A DNA stretch of 61,425 bases, the filler included. It is 14 parts of 14 records of this genome, joined end to end, with 100 filler letters (N's around TTAATTAATTAA, not from the genome) between each part and the next. Parts side by side here need not be neighbours in the genome. Positions count along the whole stretch, not along the records: positions 1 to 4,223 come from SRR15195285_8276; positions 4,324 to 7,349 come from SRR15195285_8281; positions 7,450 to 11,584 come from SRR15195285_8283; positions 11,685 to 15,374 come from SRR15195285_8287; 10 more parts are not named here. One strand, 5' to 3'. Positions 1-11,872 of the stretch are shown piece by piece. The stretch's first letter is position 1, and every line of letters starts with the position of its first letter. The translations under genes were made by a program, and so were the position numbers. The notes under the pieces are model-generated. The model was not told the origin of the DNA. It was given only the letters and a program-made list of their open reading frames with translations, and did not search any database.

Positions 1-230
1 CCTCTGATCACCTCGAATCGCTGCTTTTTCGTGCGGATTACTCCGTAACTCGGCATTGTTTTGACTCTGCTGAGGATTGAGTTCTGACCCTGCAGCCTGC
101 GACTGCCTCGTGCCTGCAGCTGGTCGCTGGTGGAGCGGGCGGCCCCCCGGCCGGCAAGCACCGCCGCCCAACGGGACTGTGGCACGGCGGGTGGCGTGCG
201 ATGGACGCCCTGGGGAGATGTCGTGCGGGG

Positions 231-926
231 ATGGGGATGGTGCTGGCGGTCTGGCTGGGCTGCGCGGCGAATGTGGCTGTCGCGCCGGCCTGGTCGATCT
301 TGTCCTCGCCGTGCCCGAGCGGGATGAGGTACATGACCATGGTGGAGGCGCAAGAGGACGCGCAGACCATCTGTACCATGATAGATGACTGGACCATAGT
401 CGAGGTGGCGAACCACAATGGCCCGGGGCTTGGTGGCGCCGGGTACCAGTGCGCAGTCGAGTCTGCACTGTGCAGCGATGGGTGCACGCAAGCTGTGTGC
501 ACACCCGGCAAGGAGGGCGAAGGGAAAGGCGGATCCAGCGCCGATGAGGAGATTGCGATCTGGGCGATCACTGTGTTCGTCTGCCTGAGCTTGTACGTCG
601 GCGGTGGTGTGGGTTGGCACTACCACACGCAGGGCGAGATCACCCACCCGCACGTTGCGCAGTGGAAGCAGGTCGGAGGCCTTGTCACGGATGGCGTTGC
701 CTTCGCGCAAGCGGCCATGAACCGTGAACCTGGCCGGGCCGCGGAGGAGGAGCAGGCACCGCTCAACGGGAAGGAAGCGCCGCCAACATACTCTGCCACG
801 GCGGACCCGGAGGACCCTGAAAAGCTGCTAGAGAAGCCCCCGAAAGCCAAGAAGAAGAAAACGGTAAAGAAGAAGAAGAAGAAGACAAAGCCGGCCACAG
901 GTGACGGGGGCGAGGCGAAGGAATAG
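231..926 (+). CDS. ATG27 / cation-dependent mannose-6-phosphate-receptor-like type I membrane protein
   Basis: Signal-like N-terminus MGMVLAVWLGCAANVAVA and a short Cys-containing luminal part. The TM helix is followed by LYVGGG...HPHVAQWKQVGGLVTDGVAF, matching the YxxGG...PHxxFWxxLxxLVxDGxxF tail motif of ATG27/M6PR. The tail is Lys-rich. An alternative ATG lies at 201. Confidence 0.6.
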   Translation: MGMVLAVWLGCAANVAVAPAWSILSSPCPSGMRYMTMVEAQEDAQTICTMIDDWTIVEVANHNGPGLGGAGYQCAVESALCSDGCTQAVCTPGKEGEGKGGSSADEEIAIWAITVFVCLSLYVGGGVGWHYHTQGEITHPHVAQWKQVGGLVTDGVAFAQAAMNREPGRAAEEEQAPLNGKEAPPTYSATADPEDPEKLLEKPPKAKKKKTVKKKKKKTKPATGDGGEAKE

Positions 927-1832
927 ACTTGACTGCTCAGGTCGTGTTGCGCGGGATGTGCCCGTGCCGTGTACAGTGAGTGTACAGTGAGTGCGACAAG
1001 GAGCACAGTATGTGATTCTCATGAGACAGGCGTGAAAATTCGATGCAAATTGGGCAAACAGTCGTGTTGAACATTCGCGCAGCCACGACCTGACGGGAGG
1101 CACAGCTAGTGCTGGCCTGGCTGCCACTCGCCTACAGCTCTTCGCACGTGCTTTGGCGCGTTGGCATAGGCAGGGGGATGGGCAACTCGTTCTGTTTCTG
1201 CGATTGGAAGTCCAAATATCGATGCTACGCATTTTGTGCTCGTCTAGAAACTGTTAGAAAATTGTGAAGATGGGCCTTGGCCCGTTGTTTGCCTCCAGGG
1301 CTTTTCGTAGCAATGCCGTCTGCGCACTCGTCCAGCCATATCCCAGGGCTTAGCCGCCCGGCAGCAGCATTGACTCGGTGCTTGCGCATTGCGGATGCCA
1401 GAGAGTGTAGCCTTGAGACTGTAGCTGCTGTGAAGTTCCCGAAGGCATATACGGTTATGTCTACGGGTACGTCGGCAAAGGGATGTAGTTGTGCATCGCA
1501 GTGCCGTAGCGAGTTGCATTTTCGCCAGGCTTTTGGTCGATAGAACTGCTGATTCAAAAGCCAAGTTTTTGTCTGCGTTGTGCAGTGTGCAATCGATTGG
1601 CACCGTATTCCACGTGTCTGCAAAACTGTGATGGAGTGGCGACGTCGGTAGTGTGCTGCAATCCAGTGTCACTCAATATAGATTCGGCGTTCGACAACCT
1701 GCCTAATAGATCTATGCATAGCTGCGATACCTCATGGGTACATGTGGGCCCAAAAAGCGGGGCAGCACACGTGCAGTGCAACGAAAGGTGCACATCCGAA
1801 TATAAGCAACGCAGTTTATGCGTCATTTGGGG

Positions 1833-3329
1833 TCACATCTTTGACTGCGCACTACTAGTCAGCGCGGCCTCCATTTGCGGCTGGACGAACAGCGAGTGCG
1901 TTGGCGTCGGAACCGACAGCCGCCGTCCGGTTGGCTGAGGCACACCATGCTGATCGATGCGATAGACGTCCAAACCTACACATTACACACAACAACGGAC
2001 TGAGAATACGCTGAATCAGCCCAAAACTTCTGCGAGAGAAGCGCACACACGCGCAGGTTGGCACGCACAGTTCTCATGCATTGCAGTAGCGATCATCCAC
2101 TGGCCGCTTGGATCGATGCGAAAGTGTCGTGGGTGCACGCCAACGTCAGTATGAGCGATTAGTTCCAGCGCGCCCGACGCCTGATCCACGCTGAAGGTGG
2201 CAATCGTGTCTTGCTTCGCAATACCGCCACCGTTGCTCCCACGGTTCGCGCAGTACAGCTTGTGACCATCGGGGCTCAGCTGGAGATCGGCCGTGTGGCC
2301 TGTTTCGTTCGCGTCCACCAGCGTGCTAAGCGGCAGGCCTATCGGTGAGAGGGTTCCGCTTTCGCTGTCCCATGCAAAGGCATGCACCTTGGACCCTGCC
2401 TCCTCGTTCACGTACAGGACGCTCTCGTCCTCGTTTAGCGCCAGGTGCCTGGCTCCACCCTGCAGCCAGACGTGCCATCACGTCAAGAAGGCAGCACGCG
2501 ATTTGGTGCGCGGCTGGGGCAATGCAAACGAAAGTGCGCACCAGCGGCGTGACCAAGGCTTCGCTTTGTTTGGTGATCGAGCCAGCCGACTGGTCGAAAG
2601 AGTACACGGTCACTCTGTCGTTGCCAACATCACCAACGAAGAGCCACGAGCCAGTGGAGTCAAACAGAGCAGAGTGCGTGTGAGGAGTTGATAAAGGAAT
2701 CCCGAGGGCCTCGTCGATTCCTGCGCGAGGCCCAGCGATGTGTGGCTCCGTGGCTCTCTCCTGCCGTAGCCAACAAGTTCGTTCGACAAGGTTTCCAGTC
2801 GGCTGGTCGAGCGACATGATGGCCACACTGCCCCCCTGCGAGTGCGAAGGTCATCGGGCCACAGACACACAGCAACCATTGAGCTCGTGGGTCACTGTGC
2901 AGTACATACCTCGTCCAGGCTGTAGTTTGCGACAGCCAGGTGTGTGCCCGCGGGGTGGAGGTCCACATAACACGGGCTCGACCCTCCTGTCCCCAGCCTG
3001 TTCAGGAACGACAGTTGCACCCCGTCGGGACCTGCCGCTACAGCATAGGCGGTGACGCTGCCGGCGCCTTGTTCCGTTGTGAGAGTTTCGTTGTTGGTGT
3101 ACAGCACTGGCAGCCCTTTCGGGTGCCAGCGCAGCCAAGACGGGCTCCCTTGTGCGCCCACCCCTGCATCCGCTCGCAGCTTCAGCGTGCCGTCGACGAA
3201 CTCGCCCGACTCAGGGTCGAACTGCACGCTGTAAATCCCGTGGCTCTCCGAAGGTGGGCCATCCATGTCCATTCCTCCGCCCGGCCCGCCTGTGAACGTA
3301 CCCACCATGAGCGTCAACGGCGGTGCCAT
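1833..3329 (-). CDS. pgl: 6-phosphogluconolactonase-like 7-bladed beta-propeller lactonase (Pgl/YbhE family), 4 exons
   Basis: Exons 3329-2910, 2835-2542, 2459-2069 and 1975-1833 join in frame through GT-AG introns. Motifs: LMVGTFT, SPCYVDL..AVANY, PHTHSA, GGARHL, LYCANRG, GVHPRHF. The protein ends ...AQSKM*. Confidence 0.8.
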
Positions 3330-4223
3330 CGTCGTCGTCGTGTGGCTTCGCTCCTCTTTCTTCACTCAGTACGTACGACGCCGTCGGTCGGTCCCTCGTC
3401 CGGCCACACGATGGCCGGGCAACGCCCGTCGCGCGGCGGGGCCGTCGCCGCGGGTCCCCGCGCTCCGCGACCGCGGGTCCGCGGCCGCGCGCCACCGGCC
3501 CTCGTCCCTGGCTGCCTGCCGCGTCTCGATTTGGAGAATTGCACCGTAGTTTTGGCTGGATCAGCCCGTGCGATCAATCGGAATCCCAAGCATTTCTCCA
3601 TGCACCACTCACGTCTAGCGTCACGCGCGTCATCACGCACTCGATTTGACCGAAAATGTTATGTGGCTGACCAGGGACGACAGCTGAGCAAATTCACCAC
3701 CTGAATTCGGATGCTGATTCTTTCGGATTCCTCTGGTGAGAATCACGCGAGAACGATAAGAAGACGTACGATGAGCCTTTGGCAGCTGGAGACCACACCG
3801 TTATTTTGACTCTAAATGTGATGCGACCAGAATTGCAGTGCAATTTTGCTGCGTACATTTTCATATAAACTCGTACATACAATTGTATCTACAAAATTCA
3901 TTGAAATCAGTTATCTGATTATATCTACAACTTTCCACTTTGCATTTTAGCGGATTGATGCCATTGGAGTCGAAAATGACGACTGCATGGCGCACCTGGC
4001 GGTCCGGCTGTGCCCCAGACATGATCAAGACAAGCGCGAGCCGTCGCTCGCGCGGTGCATTGCATGCCATGGGCGCGCGGGCGAGCGCGCGCGGCGCCGC
4101 GCGGCGCGCATATCAGCAGTTGGTTACCGGTAGTCCTACTGGTGCAGCAGGGCAGTGGCTGAGCAACTGGTGCACACGCGGGCAGCCAACACGGAGACAG
4201 AGAGACAGAGAGACAGAGAGACA

Positions 4224-4323
4224 NNNNNNNNNNNNNNNNNNNNNNNNNNNNNNNNNNNNNNNNNNNNTTAATTAATTAANNNNNNNNNNNNNNNNNNNNN
4301 NNNNNNNNNNNNNNNNNNNNNNN
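4224..4323. other. Artificial contig spacer (first of 13)
   Basis: Identical 100-nt N/TTAATTAATTAA/N blocks occur at 4224, 7350, 11585, 15375, 19435, 22642, 25893, 31144, 36231, 39787, 46893, 51404 and 57987. The core gives stops in all six frames. Confidence 0.98.
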
Positions 4324-4488
4324 CATGTGGCCCGGAATCGCGGCCTGCACACCACCGACAATCCGCCCGCGGCCGCTTTCCGCGGCGGTGCTGCACCCCG
4401 TACACCGACATACACCCTCAGAAAATGATGCAGTGACTTCAGTTTGGCTACTTGTAGATCTGAATTTGCAAGCTCCGGAGAGATTCTG

Positions 4489-5700
4489 TTATGGGCCGCA
4501 CTGGTGCAGCTGGGGGTCTCCATGGATGTGTCCGCGACAGGCACTGGGAGGCGATCACGGTGCGTTGTGCGAGCCGAATACGAGCTAGACTCAGCCTAAT
4601 GTCAGTCTCCGAACTAACACAGAGCGTCCAAACGCCTGCGTGGGCTGATGGTACAGCGCCCTGGGTCGTCGTTCGCGACGTCTACGGAGTGCCAACGGTT
4701 TGATGCTAGCAAGAACTTGCCTATCCATCTCGCTGCTATCAACAAAGCCCCCCCCGAGGTCATGCGCATCTTGCTAGGCTTAGCACCAGATACTGCAGGG
4801 GTAGTGAACTGCGCGAGGCATCTACCACTCCATCTTTGGTCCGCAGCCACTGTCCACTGGCCCCCCGTGACTGCGTGCTCAGCGGGACCCCCAAACTGCA
4901 GGCTGACGATGGCGTGTCGCGTGCTCTGATCCACGCGCTGGGACTCGATATCAATACCAGCTGCCGCAACGCTGTTCCAGGTGGGTTGGTTCCTCCGCAT
5001 CATCACTGCTACCTGCAGCTAGCAAATTGCACGCCTCAAGTGCCTCCACAGATTTGCTCGTGGTGCCCTATGATACTCGTCCAGTCTGCGCGAGCCATCA
5101 ATTGGCATGAACCTTGCCAGACTGGCTATCGCGCTAGTGCTGACGCTACTATTTACGAGTCAATGGATGGCTGCTGTTGAACTGCCAGCATCAAGCGTAT
5201 CGATTGTGTTGGCGGCTTACCCAGCGGCGATTGATGAAGCTGATGGCGGCGGGCAGCTTCCTCTGCACCTTGCTGCTGCGTACGGCTCATCGGTAGAAGT
5301 CGTAAGTTGTTGGACGCGTGATCTGTTTGAGAGGCGGGAAAGTCGAGGTGGCCCGTGAGCCGCTGTGGTCGAAAATACGCGCCTGTAATCATCACAATGC
5401 TGGCTGTAATTGTGCTTCCGCTGGTAGGTCCAGCTTTTGCTCGTAGCCAGCCCTGAATCGATTGGGCAGAAGGATGCCAACGGTGACTTCCCGCTGCTTG
5501 TTGCACTGAAACCTGCTGCGGGTGAAGGCGCTACGAGGGCGTTGGGTGATGAAACAACCGGCTTCAAAAGAGAGGGGTGTGAAATGCAAACCTTACGTGG
5601 TCACAGGCACCGCTTGCACTGATATTCGATTGTTCCGCGCTTTTTGGTTGCAGCGTGGTGCAGCAGCTCCTTGCGGCGCACCTAGAGTTTTGTCGGGAAC
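4489..5700 (+). CDS. Intron-rich ankyrin-like repeat protein (exon structure approximate)
   Basis: Exon fragments carry ankyrin-type motifs: KNLPIHLAAINKAPPEVMRILL, GQLPLHLAAAYGSSVEVV, LLVASPESIGQKDANGDFPLLVAL. They are separated by GT...AG segments. Confidence 0.5.
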
Positions 5701-6540
5701 GTATAAAGGGCGGCGAGATGGAGATTCTACTCACCCTTAGAGGTCGTTCATTGCAGTCCATCTATCCTATGTTTGATCGACTGATACTAGGTTTCAGTTT
5801 CATGACTGCGGTTGTTGAGCTTACAATGCTCGGTTGGCCTTGTCAATGGCTTCTGTTAGATGCGGTGCCATCAGAGACGGTTGAAAGATTGATCGAAGCG
5901 CTTTATCTGGTGCGTTCATCCGAAAAGCAGAATCAGGCTGAATCAATCTACCTTAAGGTAGCGAGAAAGAGCATTTTTCAGCAGTTGTTGTGACTGCCTT
6001 GACAACGTCGTAGACGACACAATGTACTAGACAGGCCTGTGAATGTTGTCGGGTTGAGTCGGGTTGGGTTGCCGAAATAGCTACCTCAACTGGAGCTGTA
6101 CGTCTCGTTGCAGGAAGGGCAGTCGACGTCGCCTTCACTAGGGGTAAGCAAAAGCCTCTACTTTGCCCACCGAGCTTTCCAGCATGATCATGGCAGCCCA
6201 GCCAACAAGCGTCACAAAGCACCCTAAGCTGACGCGTATCTGTGCTGTGGTTTGTTTCTCTGTGCGTGACTGTTCCGGGCCGGAAACCAACGCAATCGTG
6301 GGCTGTGCAGCTGGCGGTGAATCTTATGGCACTGCAGTCTGCAAAAGAAGTGCGGTTGCTGCGGGCGGACGTGCGCACACTGTGGAAGGCGCTGTACGCT
6401 ATCGGGGGCACGGCAGCCGCGTTGGTTTACCAGCTGGTCTGAGCGAGGTAGATCCGACGAGGAGAGGTCCCGGACGCGTGTGTAGTATGCTATCTTTCTC
6501 TTCATTTCAAACCACACCAAGCTCACCTTCCGTTGGCGAG

Positions 6541-7149
6541 TCAACTGCGTCCCGAGAGTGCCCCCGCAGCAGCGGCAGAATTTTTGAACGAACGTAGGGA
6601 CATCTTCAGCCACGGGCGAAGCTCTGCTGCGGCACTGGCATGTGCCGCCGCGAGTGCGGCCGAGTCGATCCCCACCTGCCCAAGCGTGCTAGCCCCAGCT
6701 GTGGACAGGAACTGCATGAACGCGTCTACTGGCTCTACAGCCGAGGGCGCCAGCGAGCTAGGCTGTGAACTTCCTGACGCAGCATTGTTGCCTTTGTCCT
6801 TGCCCTCGGTTTTGCCTGTGCCCTTGCCCCTTTTGCTCGCTGCAGGGCCGCATGCCTTGTCCTTTTTGCCGCCACCTGCTCTTTGAATAGGTGACGATGT
6901 GGGTGCAGGGGCAGCTGTAGGAGCCGATGTCGGAGTCTCTGTCGGCGCGAACGTCGCGCGGGGGCGGAGCTGCTGCCAAGGCACCATCGCTTCGGTCTTG
7001 TCAGATTTTCGCACCGGCCAGATTCCAAGTTCGTCCCTCGGCATGCCCGCGACTACGCCCTCCCAGCTATCACTAGCCCCATCAGTCGCCCACACTGCGA
7101 TTCCCGGCGCGAGATAGAAGCTCTCAAGCTCTCCCGGCAGCGGGGCCAT
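6541..7149 (-). CDS. Hypothetical protein, possible Tudor/SH3-like N-terminal module (probably continues after an intron)
   Basis: ATG at 7149. AVWATDG..WEGVV..WPVRKSD..AMVPWQQLRP has a small beta-barrel pattern, followed by a Pro/Thr- and Lys/Gly-rich linker. Confidence 0.35.
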   Translation of the reverse strand: MAPLPGELESFYLAPGIAVWATDGASDSWEGVVAGMPRDELGIWPVRKSDKTEAMVPWQQLRPRATFAPTETPTSAPTAAPAPTSSPIQRAGGGKKDKACGPAASKRGKGTGKTEGKDKGNNAASGSSQPSSLAPSAVEPVDAFMQFLSTAGASTLGQVGIDSAALAAAHASAAAELRPWLKMSLRSFKNSAAAAGALSGRS

Positions 7150-7449
7150 CGCAACTGCCCAGCGAGCAGCGCAGCGCAGCGCGCAGAGACCCACCCAGTC
7201 ACAGCGCCGGACCCGCGGCCCGCGGGCCGCGGGCGCGCGATAGGTTTATGATAATGTAGAATCAAGGATTGTGCCGCGTCATGCATTTGACAGTTGTGCC
7301 CGTCCCGAAGTTGGGCATGCAGTGAATCATGTGTATTAATCACAAGTCCNNNNNNNNNNNNNNNNNNNNNNNNNNNNNNNNNNNNNNNNNNNNTTAATTA
7401 ATTAANNNNNNNNNNNNNNNNNNNNNNNNNNNNNNNNNNNNNNNNNNNN

Positions 7450-10400
7450 GTTGCCGTCCTCAACCATCGTTACCCGGTGCTCGTTGCCAGGAATCACCTC
7501 CATGTCGCGACTTCCATGACTGGTTGTGCGGATTTGCACGCTACCGGCAACTGTTCCTGGGTGAATGTACCATTGGAAATCGTAGTCAGGACCAGTCCCG
7601 AAGTCCCCAGCCCAAATGTGGTAGTTGCAGTGGCGCAAGAACTTCCCTGGTGAGCGGCAGGACTCAATGGAGACGACGTTCGGGTCATTGGTGGGCCCAT
7701 ATTGGCCGCCATCAGCGGGTGTTTTCGGGTCAATGAGTCTGAAGGAGTCTGCACGTACGTTGCTCTGCGCGTAGATTGGGTATCCATCGTGGCATTCGCC
7801 GGTTGAATCATTCTCGTGCATCACAGCATCGAGCGTTGCTGACTTCAGCTGGTAGCACACTCCCTTTTCGTACTGGCTGAATGGTACTCGTGATGCAGGG
7901 GCCGCAGGCGGAGGCGGAGGCGGAAGGCGGCTGGGGGAGGTACCCGGTCCTGATTCAGCGCATCCACAGATTTGGTTACCCCACGTCTGCCGGCAGCCGT
8001 TGTTTGACGTATCTTGCCGTTCGTGGTTCGAATCTAGGCCACATCCACTACCTGTGTTGTCTTGTGCATGCCGGCATACCATCCCTTGAGATGCGCAGTA
8101 GCCTTCACACGTTCCGCCAGGAAAGTTGGATGTCTGAACGAGCACGTTGCAAGTCGGCAGAGCTACGTAATTACTCATGTCGATAGATGCATGCCACTCA
8201 GTCACATCTGGACACACGGTCTCGTAAGTGATAGGATTAAGGTTTGCACAGAATGCTTCTGCAGAGGCCCGAGTAATCAGGAAGTTGTCAAACCAAGTGT
8301 TGTCACAATGTTGATCAAATGACTCAACCATTAAGTGACTCGAAGCAATCGCGGCGTTTGCGTCGCCATGAATCATCGTCTCGGCGTTCGTAGGAAAGAT
8401 ATACTTGACATGATGCCATGACGACACGTCGGTTGTTGTCTGCACATGTTGCCCATCGTAGTCAGTAGGTGTGGCTGACCAAAGGTGGTTCCCAGGAAAG
8501 CCATCGGAAAATCCTTGCCAAGCGCGTCCTTTCGTGTCATACTCAACCAAGCACGGGTTCTCAGGGGTACAATCTACTGTTGCAATCGTAAAGGCATCTC
8601 CACCAGACGAGCAGCCGTTTAGTCTCAAAACATTGTTATGTCCTCCCCAAGTATTTGTGCCGACAGCAACACTCTGATAGTGCTGGATCGTAAGTGGGGG
8701 GTTGGCCAGGTCACACTCAGTGTACCACGAACAGTCGCCATTCTCCATCGAGAAAGACACGTAGTTGCAGGTCTCCGGGCATTGAGCAGCACAAGCAGCC
8801 ACGCACTCATCTAGCGTGCTGATGGGTCTGCCGTTGAGTCCACCGTTGGACATGCGAATACCACCAGTCGCCGTGCCAGCCCTGCATTCATCCCAGCTCC
8901 GCCAAGCTGTGGCACCACAAGCTGCGCCGTCCGCAACATCACCAACCATGGGAGCAGATGTGTCCATCAAGATCGTTGCAGTTTCTGGGTTGTCGCCTGA
9001 CTGGCCCCGCCAGCGGCTCAGGCCGTTCTCAAAATCTTCGTAGAACAGTGCTCCGGCTGGCCACTCTGTAGGCATATTCGTCGCGCCATAGACGACTGTG
9101 GCTTGCACGGAGTAAACTCGGTTGCCTGCACTTTCATCGCCCGCATCGAAGGTAATTGATCCACCCACGCCAGGATGGTTGCCGTAGTGCCATCGTACAG
9201 CACGATTCACGTTAAGACAGTAGGGACTGGCAGCGCATGCATCTGCATCAGCGTTGCCTGATGAAAAATCTGTGACACCTTGGTGCAGGTGCTGCCAGCC
9301 GATAAGATCACCTACCTGCACATTGCAGTGATCTGAGGGATCAAGTTCGTAGTGGAAGTCAGAGCCTCGGGTGTTTGCCTTATTGTAGACCTCATTCGTG
9401 TAGCCCGATGAGATCCCTGTCGGCCGAGGATATTGCCCATCACAGTTCGGATCGTCAGCGCAGTTCGGGCAATTGATCTCACCGTCGATAACTCCTCCAT
9501 GCGCCCCTTGCGGACACTCTGCATCGAAGAGCGCACAATAGCCGTTCGCGCGCTGACTGTTTTCCCAAGTGCCGAAGCTTACACATTCCGGGTTATCATC
9601 ACACCGTTGTGCGCACTGAGCTCTAGTCGGTGCAGCCTGGCCGACTTGTTCGACGCGATCGCCACAGTTGCAATCCACACCGGCCAGCACATACGCCCCA
9701 GGAGATGCAATCTCGTTTTCACAAATTAGCTGGAAAGTGTTCGCATCGTCTGTAGGCCGCCACACCTGGAGGTTCTGAGTGCCTGGCCGCCCAGTGAAAA
9801 CATCCCAGGCGACCACTCGCCCGGTGCCTGAAAATACGAGGGTTGTGTCGATGAATTGAATATTAGATGCGCCGTCCGGTGTGCTTCGCGGTATGATGTC
9901 GTGACCGAGCAGGCTCAATTCATGGGCGTCTGATTTGACGAAACATCTTGAGGTCGCCGTGCCGTCGCCGATGTGCTCGCCCTCCACGTTGCTGAATAGC
10001 CAGCATGTGTGCTGGAACGGGAAATCCGTGTCGAAGGCATGGCAGTCATCGTTGGCGTCACAGCTGTCTTTGCACGCCTGGACGTCGTCTTGGTTGTTTA
10101 GTGTGTCAAGCAGGCTGCAACTCCCGCCGCAGTGCGTTCCTCCGTCGATCGCCCCGGAGTAGCGGCAGTCGCCAACGGTAGCTGTCCAGGGATCGATTGC
10201 AGCGGTGATGAGGTCCTGTGCAGCGTCCGTCTCCATAACTGGCACGGGTGGCACTGGGCAATCGGCGCAGTACTCAACCGTCGCCCGTATAGAATAGACC
10301 CGGGGTCCGCCTGCGTCAAAAGTGACTGTTCCTCCAATTCCAGGGTGGTTGCCATCTGCAAGTCACACGGCACCATGAGCGCGTGAGTGAGTATCGTATG

Positions 10401-11459
10401 CTGATAATACGACCCGGTCTGCGGGCAAAACTCACAGTGCCACTTAACGTCGTCGTGCCCCAGCTCTCCGCTGTCAAAGTCAATGACGCCCTGTCCTTGA
10501 TGGTACCAGCCCAGCACATCTCCTGGTCCTACCAGACAGTGATCATCCCTTGGCAGCTGGAAGTGGAAGTCAACGCCCGCGGTGCTTGCCGTGATTATGT
10601 TCTCACACAGCAGAGTGTATGTCCCGGCCACAGGATCAATCGGTCGCCAAATCTGGATGGCCTGTGTCCCTGCTCGGCCGGTAAAGATGTCGTAAGCAGT
10701 GACCCTTCCGACATCTGTGAACGCCAGCGATGTATCTACGAACTGGATGTTGCTCGCTCCGTCTGGGGTTTGGCGGTCTACGATGTTGTTGCCAAAGCTT
10801 CTTGTCCATTTCGTTGAGCATCGATGAGCTGGACTCAGTTCCCAGTTGCCGGCCGCGTCGCAACGAAGTGTGGGCGGCCCGATCAGATGCAGGCCGCGCG
10901 GACAGCTGAATGTCGCAGTGCTCGGTGCCATTTGGCTGTTCGTGTACGTCACGGAGCCGAGTGCTGGCGCTTGAACCTCGCTGCACACGCATCCATTGCA
11001 TGGCACGACACCCTGACCGAAGTTGTCTGGAGGTGGCGGTGGCCTTGTTGCTGATGGTGGCCGCGGCGGCGGTGGGCGTGTCGGTGGTAGAGGTGGATCC
11101 ACAACCAAGTCGGCGCCCGGTGGAGGTGGAGTTGGTGGCTGCTGGTAGTTTGGATTGGATAGTTCTGGCGGCACTGCAGGAGGTGGGGGCTCGCCGCCTG
11201 ACTGGGACACGGCTGCAACCACGATCAGAATGACCAGGCCGAGCGCAGCTGCACCAAGTTGCTGTAAGGTGACCGCCTTTCCCGCCAGGGTGATGGTGAT
11301 GTTGGGCTTGCTAGGCAGCTCGGGGGCAATGCTGGGATCTTTGATCGACGGTGCGTACTCTGGCACCTGCATTACTCCCGCCGATGCAGCTGTCGGCGGC
11401 GGCGCCTGCGTAGGCTCTGCCGGCGCGGCCGCGGGTGGGGGTGGCAGGTCTGGCTCCAT
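7450..11459 (-). CDS. Large type II membrane/surface protein: TM, Pro-rich stalk, sushi (CCP), two copies of a WRP beta-domain, PAN/apple-like modules, AbfB-like C-terminal module (3' truncated)
   Basis: One 80-nt intron (10435-10356) joins the two track ORFs and restores KWHYGNHPGIGG, matching RWHYGNHPGVGG in the second repeat. Other motifs: TM LGAAALGLVILIVVAAV; sushi ATFSCPRGLHLIGPPTLRCDAAGNW; PAN-like CxxxC..C..F; VSIESCRSPGKFLRH. Confidence 0.7.
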
Positions 11460-11553
11460 GTCCTCCTGCGTGGACACACACTTCCTCTACCCGCGCAGAG
11501 CTCCGCGAGGAGTATGGACCGTGTCTCCCTACTCCTCCAGCGAGCCCACCCTC

Positions 11554-11584
<31 letters not shown>

Positions 11585-11872
11585 NNNNNNNNNNNNNNNN
11601 NNNNNNNNNNNNNNNNNNNNNNNNNNNNTTAATTAATTAANNNNNNNNNNNNNNNNNNNNNNNNNNNNNNNNNNNNNNNNNNNNGAGAACGAGAACGAGA
11701 ACGAGAACGAGAACACTCACGAGGTAGTCCCACGATTTCGTGGCAAGCGCCGGTCGTGGTGTTGAGCCAGTTGCCATCGGGGCAAATGCCGGTCACCAGC
11801 GGCACACCAGTAACGTCGTCGTCGTGAAGAAGGCCTTGGCAGATTGTGCTCATCGGTTCGCCTGCGTTGCGG

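Noticed and set aside
1225-1826. Short minus-strand ORFs between the ATG27-like and lactonase genes
   Set aside because: I could not derive any recognisable motifs or a consistent splice model.
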